A stretch of DNA of 64,000 bases from Octopus vulgaris (GCA_951406725.2 OX597815.1:10416001-10480000); one strand, 5' to 3'; shown: positions 38,284 through 53,530, counted from the first letter of the stretch. Numbers and translations: made by a program. The notes: generated by a model from the sequence alone, not told the origin.

Positions 38284-39160
38284 GCACACACACACATACA
38301 CACACACACACATTCACACATATCCACGTACACCCACCCACCCTCACCCACCCTCCTCACACACTCACACTCTTGCATAAGTAGACAGCAGTGCAAGATG
38401 AACCTGTCGTCTGATAAACGTAGATATTTCTTTATTAATGGAGTTTACTGAAGTAAACTGATCTCTCCCCCAACCCGAATCTCCTTAGCGTTTGTTGTTG
38501 AAGCAATTTTCTCAATATCTCGCTGAATGCCTGCTGTCAACTAGATATCTGTCATGCCACCCACTAACCCGAGATGGTCAGTGGCATAACCGAGCTGTGA
38601 ATCATCAAATGTGTTGGTTGATAGCTTATACAGCCAGTACTGGTTTCCCGGAGCTAACGATTAATGAATAGATATTACAGTATTTTTGCTAAAAGGACAA
38701 AATTAGTGAATGTTACCGAATCTTGATTATTGTTGAATGCAGGGGAAAAATATATAAATACGATGCTATAAAACATAGTTTTGTCATTAGTCCATAACGA
38801 TTGATCGGACATTACCGTCCGTATTCAACACCTACAATCCTTAAATGTGTGATGCCTTCACAACAATCATAAAATTAGGTCCTGAGTACTTTAATGTATC
38901 ATTACCTTTTTGTTCGCCGCGCAGTAACTTTTAAAGACTAACGATTAAGTAAGGAAATACTGGTCATTGCTTAGCAGTGAGAGAATAGGAGTATGTACAA
39001 GTATTAATTGTACATGTATGTATGTATGTAGGTATGCCATTGTTCAGTTTTATTTCAAGATTTCTTGCCAATATAAAAAGAATCGGTTTCTAACCTAGAT
39101 TCAAGGTTCCTTCATTGGAATTTCAACATGAACAACAGAGTATTTTTGTTTGTATGTATA

Positions 39161-39570
39161 GGCGCAGGAGTGGCTGTGTGGTAAGTAGCTTGCTAACCAA
39201 CCACATGGTTCCGGGTTCAGTCCCACTGCGCGGCATCTTGGGCAAGTGCCTTCTGCTATAGCCCCGGGCCGACCAATGCCTTGTGAGTGGATTTGGTAGA
39301 CGGAAACTGAAAGAAGCCCGTCGTATATATGTATGTGTGTGTGTGTATTTGTGTGTCTGTGTTTGTCCCCCTAGCATTGCTTGACAACCGATGCTGGTGT
39401 GTTTACGTCCCCGTCACTTAGCGGTTCGGCAAAAGAGACCGATAGAATAAGTACTGGGCTTACAAAGAATAAGTCCTGGGTTCGATTTGTTCGATTAAAG
39501 GCGGTGCTCCAGCATGGCCGCAGTCAAATGACTGAAACAAGTAAAAGAGTAAAAAAAGAGAGAGAAAGAG
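39161..39570 (+). mobile_element. SINE family C, full length
   Basis: Matches the family consensus. Confidence 0.92.
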
Positions 39571-40054
39571 AGTATGAAAGTATATATATGTATCTGCAGA
39601 TTTGTATATTTTGATTTATGTATGTATTCTCATGCATGTATTTGCATATTTAGACATGCTCTTCTTACTATCGAAACCGCCATAAATGTGTCTGTGGCTT
39701 ACGATTGGCTAAAATTACCGAAATATTCAAAGTTTAATGGCTAACAACTCTTTATTGATTTATAGCAAAAATTACTTTCACGTCATTAATTAGCATATAA
39801 GCGTGTATAATTACACTGAAAATGAAATCAATTCGAACAGAAAATTGACGCTGGCAGCCGCTGGCAACCAAACAGAAAATATCGTTAAGCAAACAGAAAA
39901 GATTCATACTACTTAATGATTGGCGTCCCGTGAAAAAACATGTGATAATACTATTAGAGCCTGCTATTTTCCATCTTCGTGATATATTGGTGTTATATCA
40001 TATATTACACGCACACACTCACTCACAGACACACACACACACACACACACGTAT

Positions 40055-40297
40055 ATAGGGAGAGTTTACGAAAAAAACAAATGAAGAAGACAGGTGGTGT
40101 ACAAGACAAACAGATGTATTTGTATAACGCTCAGGAATAGAAAAAAAGTATTTTACGTTTCGAACCTACGCTCTTCTACAGAAAGGGATACAGAAAGAAA
40201 CAATGAGTGAAAAACGAGGAGAGAAGAAACAGAGAGAAAAAAACAAGGAGAGAAAAAAGGAGAGAAAAAAATGTGTGTAGTGGCTAACGATCTATCA
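40055..40297 (-). mobile_element. PLE pLTR-like fragment with degenerate HHR (40151-40184)
   Basis: Minus: ttt-CTGTAGAA-gagc-gtag-gttc-GAAA-cg-TA-aaa. Confidence 0.5.
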
Positions 40298-40639
40298 TCT
40301 CTTATTATAAAAGGCAGATTTTATCTGCCTCCCTTTGTATCTTATACAAATCTACAATATAGGATTTCTTCAATTACAATTTACCTAGCAATTTTAAGAG
40401 TAGAATGCATCGGGTCGTGCCAGGTCCACTTTTTAAAATTTCAACCCCAATTAAGCAAAATTTAGAGAAAACTCACATTGCGGTGTATATGTCAAATGTT
40501 TTTCTTAGTGTGGGCTACAGCACACGCAAACGCACGCACACACAAACGGAGCGAACTGTTTCACTGACGCTATCACCCTTCTCCTCCTTTGTCTTTGCAA
40601 GTTTGCAACTATTAAAGTGAAAACAGTGAATCCGACAGC

Positions 40640-41273
40640 GATTAAGAAAATGAATTGGTACCTGAATGGAGTGAAAATTTAAAAACTGTTTCTTTCGGTG
40701 ATTTTTCTGAAGAAACTGCACCAAGCCACAGACTTTCCCAGAAGGGTAAAGCCTTAAACTATTTCTTTTTACTTTTTCGAATGAGCCTATTTGAAATCAT
40801 TACGGTGGAAACGAACTGTTACGCTAAATGTAAACAAAACGAAAGAAAGGATAGTTTGTTATTTCCCACAACCTTAAATGAAATTAAGGCCTATTTTGCC
40901 ATAAATATTATTATGGGTATCAGAAAGTTACCCAGAATAACAAATTCTATCGTAAAATTTTGTTGTATACCCAATTGAATATTAGCTAATAACCCATTTT
41001 CTATAGCAATGTTTGAACAAAATTTTAATAATTTTATATATTGTTGAATTTACCTGTATCTACCTGCAATTAGAGTCACTTTGTGACAAAAATTATAGTA
41101 TAGAATTGGTTGAGGACATTTCATTAAATTATCTTCCAAAAATCACATTAATATATTGATAAATAAAAAATTTATTGTTGTTTAATGAAACCAGACTAAA
41201 TTTATGATTACATTAGAAAATAATTGAAACACATAAGGGGTGTATTTTGGTCAGAAATATAGTAACGAAAGGG
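40640..41273 (+). mobile_element. piggyBac transposon relic (transposase N-terminal fragment and right end)
   Basis: YFFLLF..LFEIITVETNCYA..PTTLNEIKAYFAINIIMGIRKLPRI is PGBD-like; terminus ...gtaacgaaaGGG|TTAA at 41273-41277. Confidence 0.8.
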
Positions 41274-41382
41274 TTAAGAAAAACCAAAAAATATTTTACT
41301 CTTTATAAATGTTGTGTTCAAAATAACATTTTCTTTTAAGAATGTGTATATAACAAAGTATGTGTATCCTACGTGACTTATA

Positions 41383-41782
41383 TCTTTATATATAAAACTG
41401 AAGTTGTGTGTCTGTCTCCTACGATTTAGATTCGTAACTACTCCCACATTTTGCGGTGCAGTGTAACCAAAACCGGGTATCTTATAGTCGTGAGTCATAT
41501 CGAGCCCTTCTGGGTATTAGCGCGCGTCTACGATGAGTCTACGATTTAAAAAAAAATTTACCATCATATTTTTCCATTTTAATGCATTTTTTTCGCTATT
41601 ATATAAGGGAAGTAACTCTCTAAAAACATCTACGATGTGTCAACGATTTAAAAAAAAAATTTACCTTAATTTTTTTTCCATTTTTAATGCATTTTTTTCC
41701 TATTTTTTGGCTATAACTCTCTAAAAATGCTTATATAGTTATAACCCTTACAAACCCGAGCAACGCCGGGCGATACTGCTAG
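41383..41782 (+). mobile_element. Non-autonomous Helitron
   Basis: A|TC start, hairpin + CTAG|T end; same family as 4180, with an internal duplication. Confidence 0.88.
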
Positions 41783-42123
41783 TGTATATATATACATGCG
41801 TGCGCACACGCATGGATGCAAATTCTAACACTCACCGGCCTTAACTACCGCTGCCATATCAGACACAATTTTCTGATACAACTGGTGTCGCTAACGAATT
41901 GACATTATTTACCATAACACCATGTGCTACTCCTTGGCCAGTAGTAGCATCTCTCCATATCGGTTATTTCCAGATGCCTGAAGGAGTCTGGCTCTTGTTA
42001 GGAAGGAGCCTGCGAAACGTGAAATAGCACAGAACTGATTCAAACTGCTTTAAATAATACATGTAACTCTTACTAAATGTGTTGAGCGCTCTTTTCTTTC
42101 TTTTGTCCACTCACTTGTGTGTT

Positions 42124-42908
<785 letters not shown>

Positions 42909-42987
42909 TATATATATATATATATATATTTATAAAAAAGAAGTTTGAAAACGCTACTATATAAGATAAGTTTTAATTTTCTTAGAA

Positions 42988-43035
42988 ATTTTACATGTTT
43001 CGGTTCTTTTTGAAAAAACGAACCTTATCAAAAAT
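42988..43035 (-). ncRNA. Minimal hammerhead motif, U3:A8 core variant, in a PLE-like insert (about 42930-43170)
   Basis: attt-TTGATAA-ggttc..gaacc-GAAA-catg-TA-aaat; palindromic ACATGT. Confidence 0.65.
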
Positions 43036-43168
43036 ATTTAAAAAAAGTTAAGTGTAATAAAAAAGTTCATAATTGTTTCTTACTGGTCTCAACAGAATCC
43101 ACGTGGTGGTTTTTTTGTGGGAAGTAAGCATAATAGCTGTTTAATGTGTTCGAATAAAACTAAGGTAA

Positions 43169-43225
<57 letters not shown>

Positions 43226-43228
43226 TAA

Positions 43229-43455
43229 GGGCGGCGATCTGGCAGAAACATTAGCGCGCCGGGCGAAATGCTTAGTGGTATTTCGTCTGTCGTTACGTTC
43301 TGAGTTCAAATTCCGCCGAGGTCGACTTTGCCTTTCATACTTTCGGGGTCGATAAATAAAGAACCAGTTTGCCCTGGGGTCGATGTAATCGACTTAATCC
43401 CTTTGTCCTTGTTTGTCTCCTCTATGTTTAGCCCCTTGTGGGTAGTAAAGAAATA
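43229..43455 (+). mobile_element. SINE family M
   Basis: Matches the family consensus. Confidence 0.88.
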
Positions 43456-43744
43456 CACATACACACACACGTTCTTGATAGGTCCACCTCTCTTCTCTGC
43501 ACCTCCACAGCCTCGGCGAAACTCTTCATTTTCTTCAAATATTTATCCATGCCTTCTATTGCTCTCACAAACTTCTCCTCCGAAGAAGACAGCTCAGACC
43601 AGCTAAGGTCTGAGTACATCATCTCTAACCTCAAAGCAGCACCCCCCCCCCCACCCGACTCGAACACAAACGACAAACCAAATGCACTCTGGCTAACAGA
43701 AAGCCAGGTAAGCGAGCTACTTAGTACACAGCCAATCCTGCACC

Positions 43745-43776
<32 letters not shown>

Positions 43777-44153
43777 AGTGTGTGAGTGTAAGTGTATCAG
43801 ACAGATAGCTATATAGATAGATAAACAGATATAGATATGTATATATATATGTATGTGAATACCACAATTTGTGTGTACAATGACACTTCCCATATGTTCA
43901 TGCATACACGTATTTACAAAATATACTTTTTGTGTCTTTTCGTAATTCCCTTATAAACATCAACATATGTGTCCATATATGGATGTATATAGATTTTTGT
44001 GTATATAATGGGTGCATAATTTTATCAGGTATATCTATATAATTCTTTCTTATACATTTTAGTTATTTATAATCAAACACACATCAGTATAAATTGACTT
44101 TTATATTTTTATTCTAAAATGTTCGAATATATTATCTACAATAAAATGTATGC

Positions 44154-44217
<64 letters not shown>

Positions 44218-44289
44218 CTGCTCTGCATCTTAGAGCGTGCTTCTTCTCCGGATTTGTTTTCATACAATACATACATACACACACACATA

Positions 44290-44377
<88 letters not shown>

Positions 44378-44629
44378 GACACATATATATACATATATAC
44401 ATATATAATATATATCCATACATATATATATATATGTATGTATATATATATATATATATATGTACGTTTTTGAGTGTGTGTGTTTGTATATGTGTGTATG
44501 TGTAAGTATATATATGTGGACATGCACGTGCATGTGTGCGTGTGTATGTGTATATGTGTGTATGCGTGTGCATATATGTATATAGATATGTATGAGTGTG
44601 AACGCATATATGTATCTGTGAATCTGCAT

Positions 44630-45664
44630 ACATATTGTTGGTGTTCGTATGGCAGGCGCTAGCGTAACGAAAACAGCCGAAATGTTTGGCGTATCAAGAA
44701 GTACTGCCTCGAAAGTAATTACAGCCTTTGAGAAAGAGGGAAAAACCTCCTCGTCGAAACAAAAAAGCTTAAACTTTCAGATAGGGACCATCTTGCTCTT
44801 ACACGAATTGTTAGAAAGGATCACAAAAGTACAGTTACCAAAATTACTGCAGAACACCTCGACAACCCAATTTCCACAAAAGCTGTTCGCTGGGAGCTAC
44901 ACAAAGCTGGATTTCACAGGAGGGATGCAATCAGAAAACCACTACTTTCAAAAACAAAGATTGCAAAGTGTTTAGAATGGAGTAAAAACCTACAGAATTG
45001 GTCTCTAGAACAGTAGAAGAATGTTATTTTCTCGAACGAGCCATCATTTACCTTATTTCCGACCATCGGCCGAGTATACCTGTGGAGACAGCCAAAGGAA
45101 GCCTTTGATCCAGACTACTATCTTCCAACTGTTAAACATGGTGGAGGATCTGTGCTGATCTGGTGGGGAGCTATATCTTGGAAATCCGCCGGCCCAATGG
45201 TTTCCCTTCATGGCAAAATTTATAATCAAGACTATTTAAGCACTTTATCTGATCAAATTCGTCCTATGGTTGTGGAACTGTTTCCGGAGGGAAACGCAAC
45301 CTTTCAGGATGATAATGCACCAATTCACACAGCTAAAGTTGTTACTGAATGGCACGAGGAACATTTTAGTGAAATTGAACATCTTATCTGGCCACCACTG
45401 TCCCCAGATATCAATATTATTGAACATTTATGGTGCATTTTAGGAAAACAAATAAGGAGTCGATATCCTCCACCATAATCACTACAAGAATTGGAGACTG
45501 TTTTAGTTGAAGAATGGACAAGAATTCCTTTGGAAACAATTCAAACTTTGTACGAGTCAATACCTCGTAGAATTCAGGCTGTAATTACTGCCAAGGGCGG
45601 TCCTATCCCATATTAAAATAAATTTGTTTGAAATTTTAAGATATTTCCATTATTTTGTCCAACC

Positions 45665-45668
<4 letters not shown>
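44630..45668 (+). mobile_element. Tc1 (DD34E-type) transposon, degenerate, left end missing
   Basis: MAGASVTKTAEMFGVSRST HTH, VIFSNE, VKHGGGSV, FQDDNAPIH, WPPLSPDINIIEHLW; right TIR tttccattattttgtccaacccctg; frameshifts and stops. Confidence 0.92.
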
Positions 45669-45704
<36 letters not shown>

Positions 45705-45868
45705 AGTGTTTTCTACTATGGTCTCGGGTCGACCAAATGCTTATGAGTGGTTTTGGTAGCCAGAAACTGAAACAATCCCGTCGTATCTATCTGTCTATGT
45801 ATGTATGTATGTATGTATGTATGTATGTATGTATGTATGTATGTATGTATGTATGTATGCATGCATGC

Positions 45869-45970
<102 letters not shown>

Positions 45971-46170
45971 ATAGGTATGTTGGTGCAAATAGGAAAAATA
46001 GAATTAAAAATATGAGTATTTGTATAATCTTTTTAACTATTTAGCAAAAGTAACAGATTGACTCAAGGTCAGGGATTTTTGTGCGTTGACACTCTCTCTC
46101 TATATATATACACACACACAAACATATATATATTTACGCATGTGCACATTCAGTCTCAGTTGTTATATAC

Positions 46171-46206
<36 letters not shown>

Positions 46207-46886
46207 TCACGCATATACACATATACCCACAAATATATATATATATATATATATAGACACATATATATATATGTATGTATACAGACGTACATACCTGTAC
46301 ATATATACATATATGCATACATACATGTACCTACTTACGTACGTACACATGTATACACAGGCAAACATATACACACAAACATAGATTTATGCACACACAG
46401 AGAAGGATGAGTATGAGTAGTACGCGAAGAAGTCAATGAGAATAACAAGAGTGCAAACAAGCGAGTTTGTAAGAGAAAATGAAAGAAAACCTTTTCAGGT
46501 ATACGACACATAATTGTATGTGAAACTTTAAGGATCTTTTTTTATGCAGAAAGACGGCGATGATTATCACAAGTCAATGTTTAATGTGGAATGGAAAAGA
46601 ATACTGCAAGAACAGCAAAAAGGAATGTATCAGGAAAACAGAAGCCATAGTTATTTCGAGCAAGACGTGTTTGATCAACGAATGTTCTTGTTTAATTTTT
46701 TCCAATTTCTCGCCAACAAAGAATGAGCTGTTTTCTCATTCAGAAATACGTCTTTTTCATGAGAAATTATTCAGCATTGAAATGAGTCGTTGTATGTACA
46801 CGTCCAAGTATGCATGCATGCATATAATCATGTACGTCTGAATGCATATATGCATGTATGTACACATGTGTACATGTATGTAGGCA

Positions 46887-47276
46887 TGGAGGCGCAATGG
46901 TCCAGTGGTTAGGGCAGCGGACTCGCGGTCGTAGGATCGCGGTTTCGATTCATTCCCAGACCGGGCATTGTGAGTGTTTATTGAGCGAAAACACCTTAAG
47001 CTCCACAAGGCTCCGGCAGGGGATGGTGGTGATCCCTGCTGTACTCTTTCACCACAACTTTCTCTCACTCTTACTTCCTGTTTCTGTTGTACCTGTATTT
47101 CAAAGGGCCGGCCTTGTCACTCTCTGTGTCACGCTGAATATCCCCGAGAACTACGTTAAGGGTACACGTGTCTGTGGAGTGCTCAGCCACTTACACGTTA
47201 ATTTCACGAGCAGGCTGTTCCGTTTATCGGATCAGCCGGAACCCTCGTCGTCGTAACCGACGGAGTGCTTCCATTC
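46887..47276 (+). mobile_element. SINE family A, tail type A
   Basis: Family consensus; flanking repeat atgtaggcatg. Confidence 0.92.
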
Positions 47277-47329
47277 ATATGTAGGCATGCACGCATGGAT
47301 ATTCTTGTGTATATAAATTCATACATATA

Positions 47330-47492
47330 GGCGCATGCGTGGCTGTGTGATAAGAAGTTTGCTTCCCAACCACATAGTTTGGGGTTCAGTTCCACTGTGG
47401 GACATCTTGAGCAAGTACCTTCTACCGTAGGCCTTGGGCCGACGAAAGCCTTGTGAGTGGATTTGGTAGACGGAAACTGAAAGAAGCCCGTC

Positions 47493-47548
<56 letters not shown>

Positions 47549-47958
47549 CAAAGTGAAGTTGTAAGGTACCGCATGAGTGGAATTATATATGAAAGAAGGT
47601 TTGAAAATGCAATTTTAAAAGATGTTTATTTACTTTACCGGTTTCACTTTTTTAGAAAAAGATTGTCAAAAGTAAAATGTAAAGCTTTGTATAAGCTTTG
47701 TTCTGTTAATTACTGGTTATCATAAAAGTATTCAAATACAGATATACACTCTTTGATAATTAAAAGAAAATGTTACAAACAGTTTACAAGGAAAAATCTT
47801 GGGAAAATACAAAAATGTTCATTAACATTTTCTTCTTCTTATTATTATCAAAGAATGTATATATATGTATTGTAATTTTTTGTGCCCAATATTTCTTACA
47901 AAGAATAAAGCCTGGGCTCGATTTCGTTGACTAAAGGCGGTGCTCCGGGCTGAAACAT
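47330..47958 (+). mobile_element. SINE family C split by a PLE-like insert (about 47548-47890) in its (TA)n
   Basis: Head 47330-47494, tail remnant 47895-47958. Confidence 0.8.
47630..47675 (-). ncRNA. Minimal hammerhead motif, U3:A8 core variant
   Basis: ttactt-TTGACAA-tctttt..aaaagt-GAAA-ccgg-TA-aagtaa; 6-bp stem I, palindromic ACCGGT. Confidence 0.65.
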
Positions 47959-47974
47959 TTTTAAGGATTTAAGG

Positions 47975-48561
<587 letters not shown>

Positions 48562-48563
<2 letters not shown>

Positions 48564-48895
48564 ACTCCAAATTTGCCATCAAGATGTAGGACAAGATACT
48601 GTGATAGCCTTCAATATCCTCCCGAAGAACCTGAGAGACCTGCATGGGGTGGATGCAGATGTCTTTAAAATAAAACTGGATCTCTTCCTGTCAGGTGTCC
48701 CAGATGAAACCATCTTCACGGCAGGAGGTGCAGATGAGGGCAGCTGCATCGAAGTCTCTCATTCACCAAATGGCAACTGCTAAAAAGCATTCGTGAAGTA
48801 AAATCATGTAGCAACACCAAATGGCGGTGCCCCAGAATGGTTACAGCTCGTGAGCTGAAACTAGATAAAATAAAATAAAATAAAATAAATAAATA
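48562..48895 (+). mobile_element. CR1/L2-type LINE 3' end
   Basis: FNILPKNLRDLHGVDADVFKIKLDLFLSGVPDE; (taaaa)n tail. Confidence 0.78.
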
Positions 48896-48903
48896 AATAT
48901 ATA

Positions 48904-49310
48904 GGCGCAGGAGTGGCTGTGTGGTAAGTAGCTTGCTAACCAACCACATGGTTCCGGGTTCAGTCCCACTGCGTGGCATCTTGGGCAAGTGTCTTCTACT
49001 ATGGCCCCGGGCCGACCAATGCCTTGTGAGAGGATTTGGTAGACGGAAACTGAAAGAAGCCTGTCGTATATATGTATATATATATATGTGTGTGTTTGTG
49101 TGTCTGTGTTTGTCCCCCTAGCATTGCTTGACAACCGATGCTGGTGTGTTTACGTCCCCGTCACATAGCGGTTCGGCAAAAGAGACCGATAGAATAAGTA
49201 CTGGGCTTACAAAGAATAAGTCCGGGGTCGATTTGCTCGACTAAAAGGCGGTGCTCCAGCATGGCCGCAGTCAAATGACTGAAACAAGTAAAAGAGTAAA
49301 TGAGTAAAGA
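48904..49310 (+). mobile_element. SINE family C, full length
   Basis: Matches the family consensus. Confidence 0.92.
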
Positions 49311-49649
49311 GTATATGCATATATATGTGCATTTGTGTTGTGTACGTATGTGTGTGAGTGGCGTGTGTGTCACTTATCATCGTTTGGACTTCGGTACTTA
49401 AGAGCTGACTGAAACGTTTGTCTTTCAATTAAATGTGCTCAAGAGAGAAACATGTACAACTCCAGACGAATTTGGTCGCCATGAGAGAATGACATGAAAT
49501 ACTTCGTTAATCAGTTTTAAAGTTGAGACAAACACATTATTTCAAACAACCGTTGTAGCCTTAGAATACATGTGCGGCGTCGGTGTGTGTATGCCGTGAC
49601 GTTAGTGTCGCTAACGGCGCTCTGCACCTTGTTCTCAACTTTCCTTTTA

Positions 49650-49650
49650 T

Positions 49651-49707
<57 letters not shown>

Positions 49708-49905
49708 TACTACTACCACCACCACCACCACCACCACTACCACCACTACTACTACTACTACTACCATCACCACCACCACCACCACTAGTACTACTACTAC
49801 TACAACTACTACTACTACTACTACTACTACTACAATTACTACTACTACCACCAACACACCACCACCACCAAAACCACCACCACCACCACCACCAAAACCA
49901 CCACC

Positions 49906-49949
<44 letters not shown>

Positions 49950-50042
49950 AATTACTATTACTACCACCACCACCACACCACCAAAACCACCACCACCACC
50001 ACCACCACTACCACCAGCACTACCAGCACTACCACCACCACC

Positions 50043-50087
<45 letters not shown>

Positions 50088-51530
50088 TCTTCCCGTCGTT
50101 TTCCCTCCTCCTCCTCCCCCTCCTCTTCCTTCGCCCGTCTCCTCGGCTCCTTGCTTTTCCCCTTCATCTCACATTGCGACTCTTTTTGATAAGTTAATAT
50201 GGATACGCTTACACGTGACCAACTGTGCGCGTGTCCTACCTTCGATCGGGCTGAACGACCGCCACTCTCTAAATGACCATCACCCGACATCATAACCATT
50301 ACCATCACCACCAACGCCACTACCACCTCCACCACCACCACCACCACCCTCAACACCAGTACCACTATCACCAACACTATGTTATTCCTGCAAACATTAT
50401 CATGACAACCATCATTAATGGTCGTGTACACCGTCAGCGTTGTTCTCATTATTACTAATTGCACCGCCATCTTCACCACGATCTCCGCCTCCTCATCACC
50501 ATTACACCCATCACCGCCGATGTCGTTACCATCACCAACATCGCCGTGACCAGCATCACTAACATTATCACAGTCACTAATACTCTCACCACCACCACCA
50601 CCACCACAACCACCACCGCCACCGCCACCGCCGCCGCCGCCACATGACGACGACCACTGCTACCATCGCCACTCCCAGTACCACCACCGCCGCTGCCACA
50701 CGACGACGACGACCACCACCACCACCAACACCACCACCACCACTACCACCTCCACTAACACCACCACTCCCAGTACCACCATCGACCATCACCCGACATC
50801 ATAACCATTACCATCACCACCAACGCCACCACCACCACCACCACCACCACTAACACCACCACTCCCGGATCCACCACCGCCGCCGCCACACGACGACGAC
50901 CAACACCACCAACACCACCACACACCACCACCCCCACCACTAACACCACCACTCCCGGTATCCACCACCGCCGCCGCCACACGACGACCACCACCACCAC
51001 CAACATCACCACCACCACTACCACCTCCACTAACACCACCACCACCACCACCACCACCACCACCACCACCACCACCACAACGACCACCACCACCACCAGT
51101 CCCGGTATCCACCACCGCCGCTGCCACACGACGACGACAACGACGACGACGACGACGACGACCACCACCACCACCACCACCACCACTCCCAGTATCACCA
51201 CCGCCGCCGCCACACGACGACGACCACGACCATCACGACCACCACCACCACCACTACCACCACCACTCCCAGTACCACCACCGTCGCCGCCACATGACGA
51301 CGACCACCACCACCACCAACACCACCACCACTCCCGGTATCCACCACCACCGCCGCCACACGACGACGAAGACGACGACGACCACCACCACCAATACAAT
51401 CTCCTTCAATATTATCATCCCCCCACACCCACCTCTACCAACGACATCATTAACGATCATTACTACGGTCAGCCATCACCATCTTCTGCATCTGTATTAC
51501 CACCACCACCACCACCACCACTTCCCCTAA
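49650..51530. repeat. Degenerate (ACT)/(ACC)/(ACG) trinucleotide array with higher-order units
   Basis: Direct repeats; recurring unit ctcccrgta(t)ccaccaccgccgcygccacacgacgacg. Confidence 0.9.
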
Positions 51531-52305
51531 ATACTCATTGCCATTATCATCACATAACACGAGTTCAAAAGAACCACTCGTTATCAGATTCTATAACAAT
51601 TTAATTTTATTTGTTTTCAGTCTGACCTGGATCTGTTTAATTTCCGTTGAAGACACCTTCCAACCGGACGAGAATGGGTTCAAACCAATACTCAATACTC
51701 CGTGCCTTGCGTACTCCTATAAAACCCTGGCTCTCTACGTTATCCCAACAAACTAATTATTCTCTATCTTACATATAAGTGACAGAAATAATGAGTCATA
51801 CAATTATATATATATCTATCTATCAATGGATAGTTAATAATGGATCGTTATTGTCAATGAATCATTTGTAACGAGGTGTATCTATTAATGGATCGTTAGT
51901 CTATAATCGTAGTAGGATTTCAAAATAGCTCTGCACGCCAGTGTGAATTTTCAATTACATATAGCTAATTCTAGATATGGTAATTGTGAATCATATCTTA
52001 ACTCAATACCTATTTAGATGCTTGTGAACCAAGTTGTTCGCTGTTAAATGATCAAGTACACAACATAGATGTAGTGTTGGATTATAAACGTTGATTCAAA
52101 AGTCCAAAAGCAGAAACTGTACCCAAGAGAGGCTAGTTTAAAAATATATAATTTCTTTTGAAGTAAAACAATTCCAAGTATTTTAGCTAGGAGAGGATTT
52201 GGGATGTGGTGAGATACAAGCTATTCATAAAGTCTAGTTTGTCCTGAACTTGGTGCATTTTATATAAAAGAGTAAATTTTACTTCAGTCCAGCAAGATAG
52301 GGGTC

Positions 52306-52872
52306 TGAAACCCCTATATTGCCCAGGATATTAATCGTCTGGAAGCCGTTCAGCGACGTGCAACCAAGAGAATACTCTCCATCAAACATTTGCCATATTC
52401 TGAACGCCTTGCTTCCCTGGGCATGGACACATTGAAACTCCGACATCTGGCAGCTGACTTGGCAGACACCCATAAAATTATTAACCATCTTACAAACAAT
52501 AACTCTGAGCACCTTTTCAAACTCCATCTGTCTAACACCCGTGGACATGTTTACAAAGTCAGAAAACATCACAGCTCCCATGACTTTCGGAAACATTTTT
52601 TCACGCTAAGAGTTGCTGAAGCATGGAACAGACTGCCGGCATCAGTTGTTAGTTGTCGGAGCACAGCATCCTTCAAAACTTCCATGCTTCCTGAGATTCG
52701 CCAACACTACACCTGATTTTCTCCCCTCCATACACACGCAAGCATGTATCTGACTCATACACTGTTCACTTCCCAGACATTTGTACATTACTGCATATGC
52801 TTTATACGCACTTTTGACAAGTTGTGGTGCACCTGAGCACTGTATACAATAATTTCATTATTATTATTATTA
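52306..52872 (+). mobile_element. CR1-type LINE 3' end
   Basis: DINRLEAVQRRATK..YSERLASLG..TRGHVYKV..RKHFFTLRVAEAWNRLP; (tta)n tail; tail fragment also at about 26838-26880. Confidence 0.9.
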
Positions 52873-53150
52873 TGTATTATTGGGTCTTAGTCAGTTGAAG
52901 TTGAACTCAAATTCATGAAGTTTTGAAGTGGTGGTCATAAAATAATGGATTCAGCTCTTCAATGTCTAGACATCGCGATTGCTTTAAGAGTTAAAATAAT
53001 CAAATGATTGTGCATTCCATTGTTTCTGCCTAGTCACAGCCATAAAACTGACAACGTGGGAGAAACAATTATCACGACGACGACCACCGCAACAACCACC
53101 ACGACCACGACCACGACCACGACCACAACGACCAACAGCAGCAGCAGCAG

Positions 53151-53530
53151 TGGAGGCGCAATGGCCCAGTGGTTAGGGCAGCGGATTCGCGGTCGGAGGA
53201 TCGCGGTTTCGATTCCCAGACCGGGCGTTGTGTGTGTTTATTGAGCAAAAATACCTAAAAGCTCCACGAAGCTCCTGCAGGGGGTGGTGGGGACCCCTGT
53301 TGTACTCTTTCGCCCCAACTTTCTCTCACTCTTTCTTCCTGTTTCTTGTCCCCGACTCCTTACGCAACCGCTGAGCCTAGATGCGCACTCATCCATCCGT
53401 CGATGCTCTCGGTGTCGGGGTTGACCTGCTTTCTCTTCTGCGGGTCTTACGAATAGCAAAGGACCACGTTTCGGACTTCTCCCATCTTGCGAGCTCTGGG
53501 ACGAAGACCGTTTGCTCAACAGCAACAGAA
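53151..53530 (+). mobile_element. SINE family A, tail type B
   Basis: Matches the 13849 copy. Confidence 0.9.
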
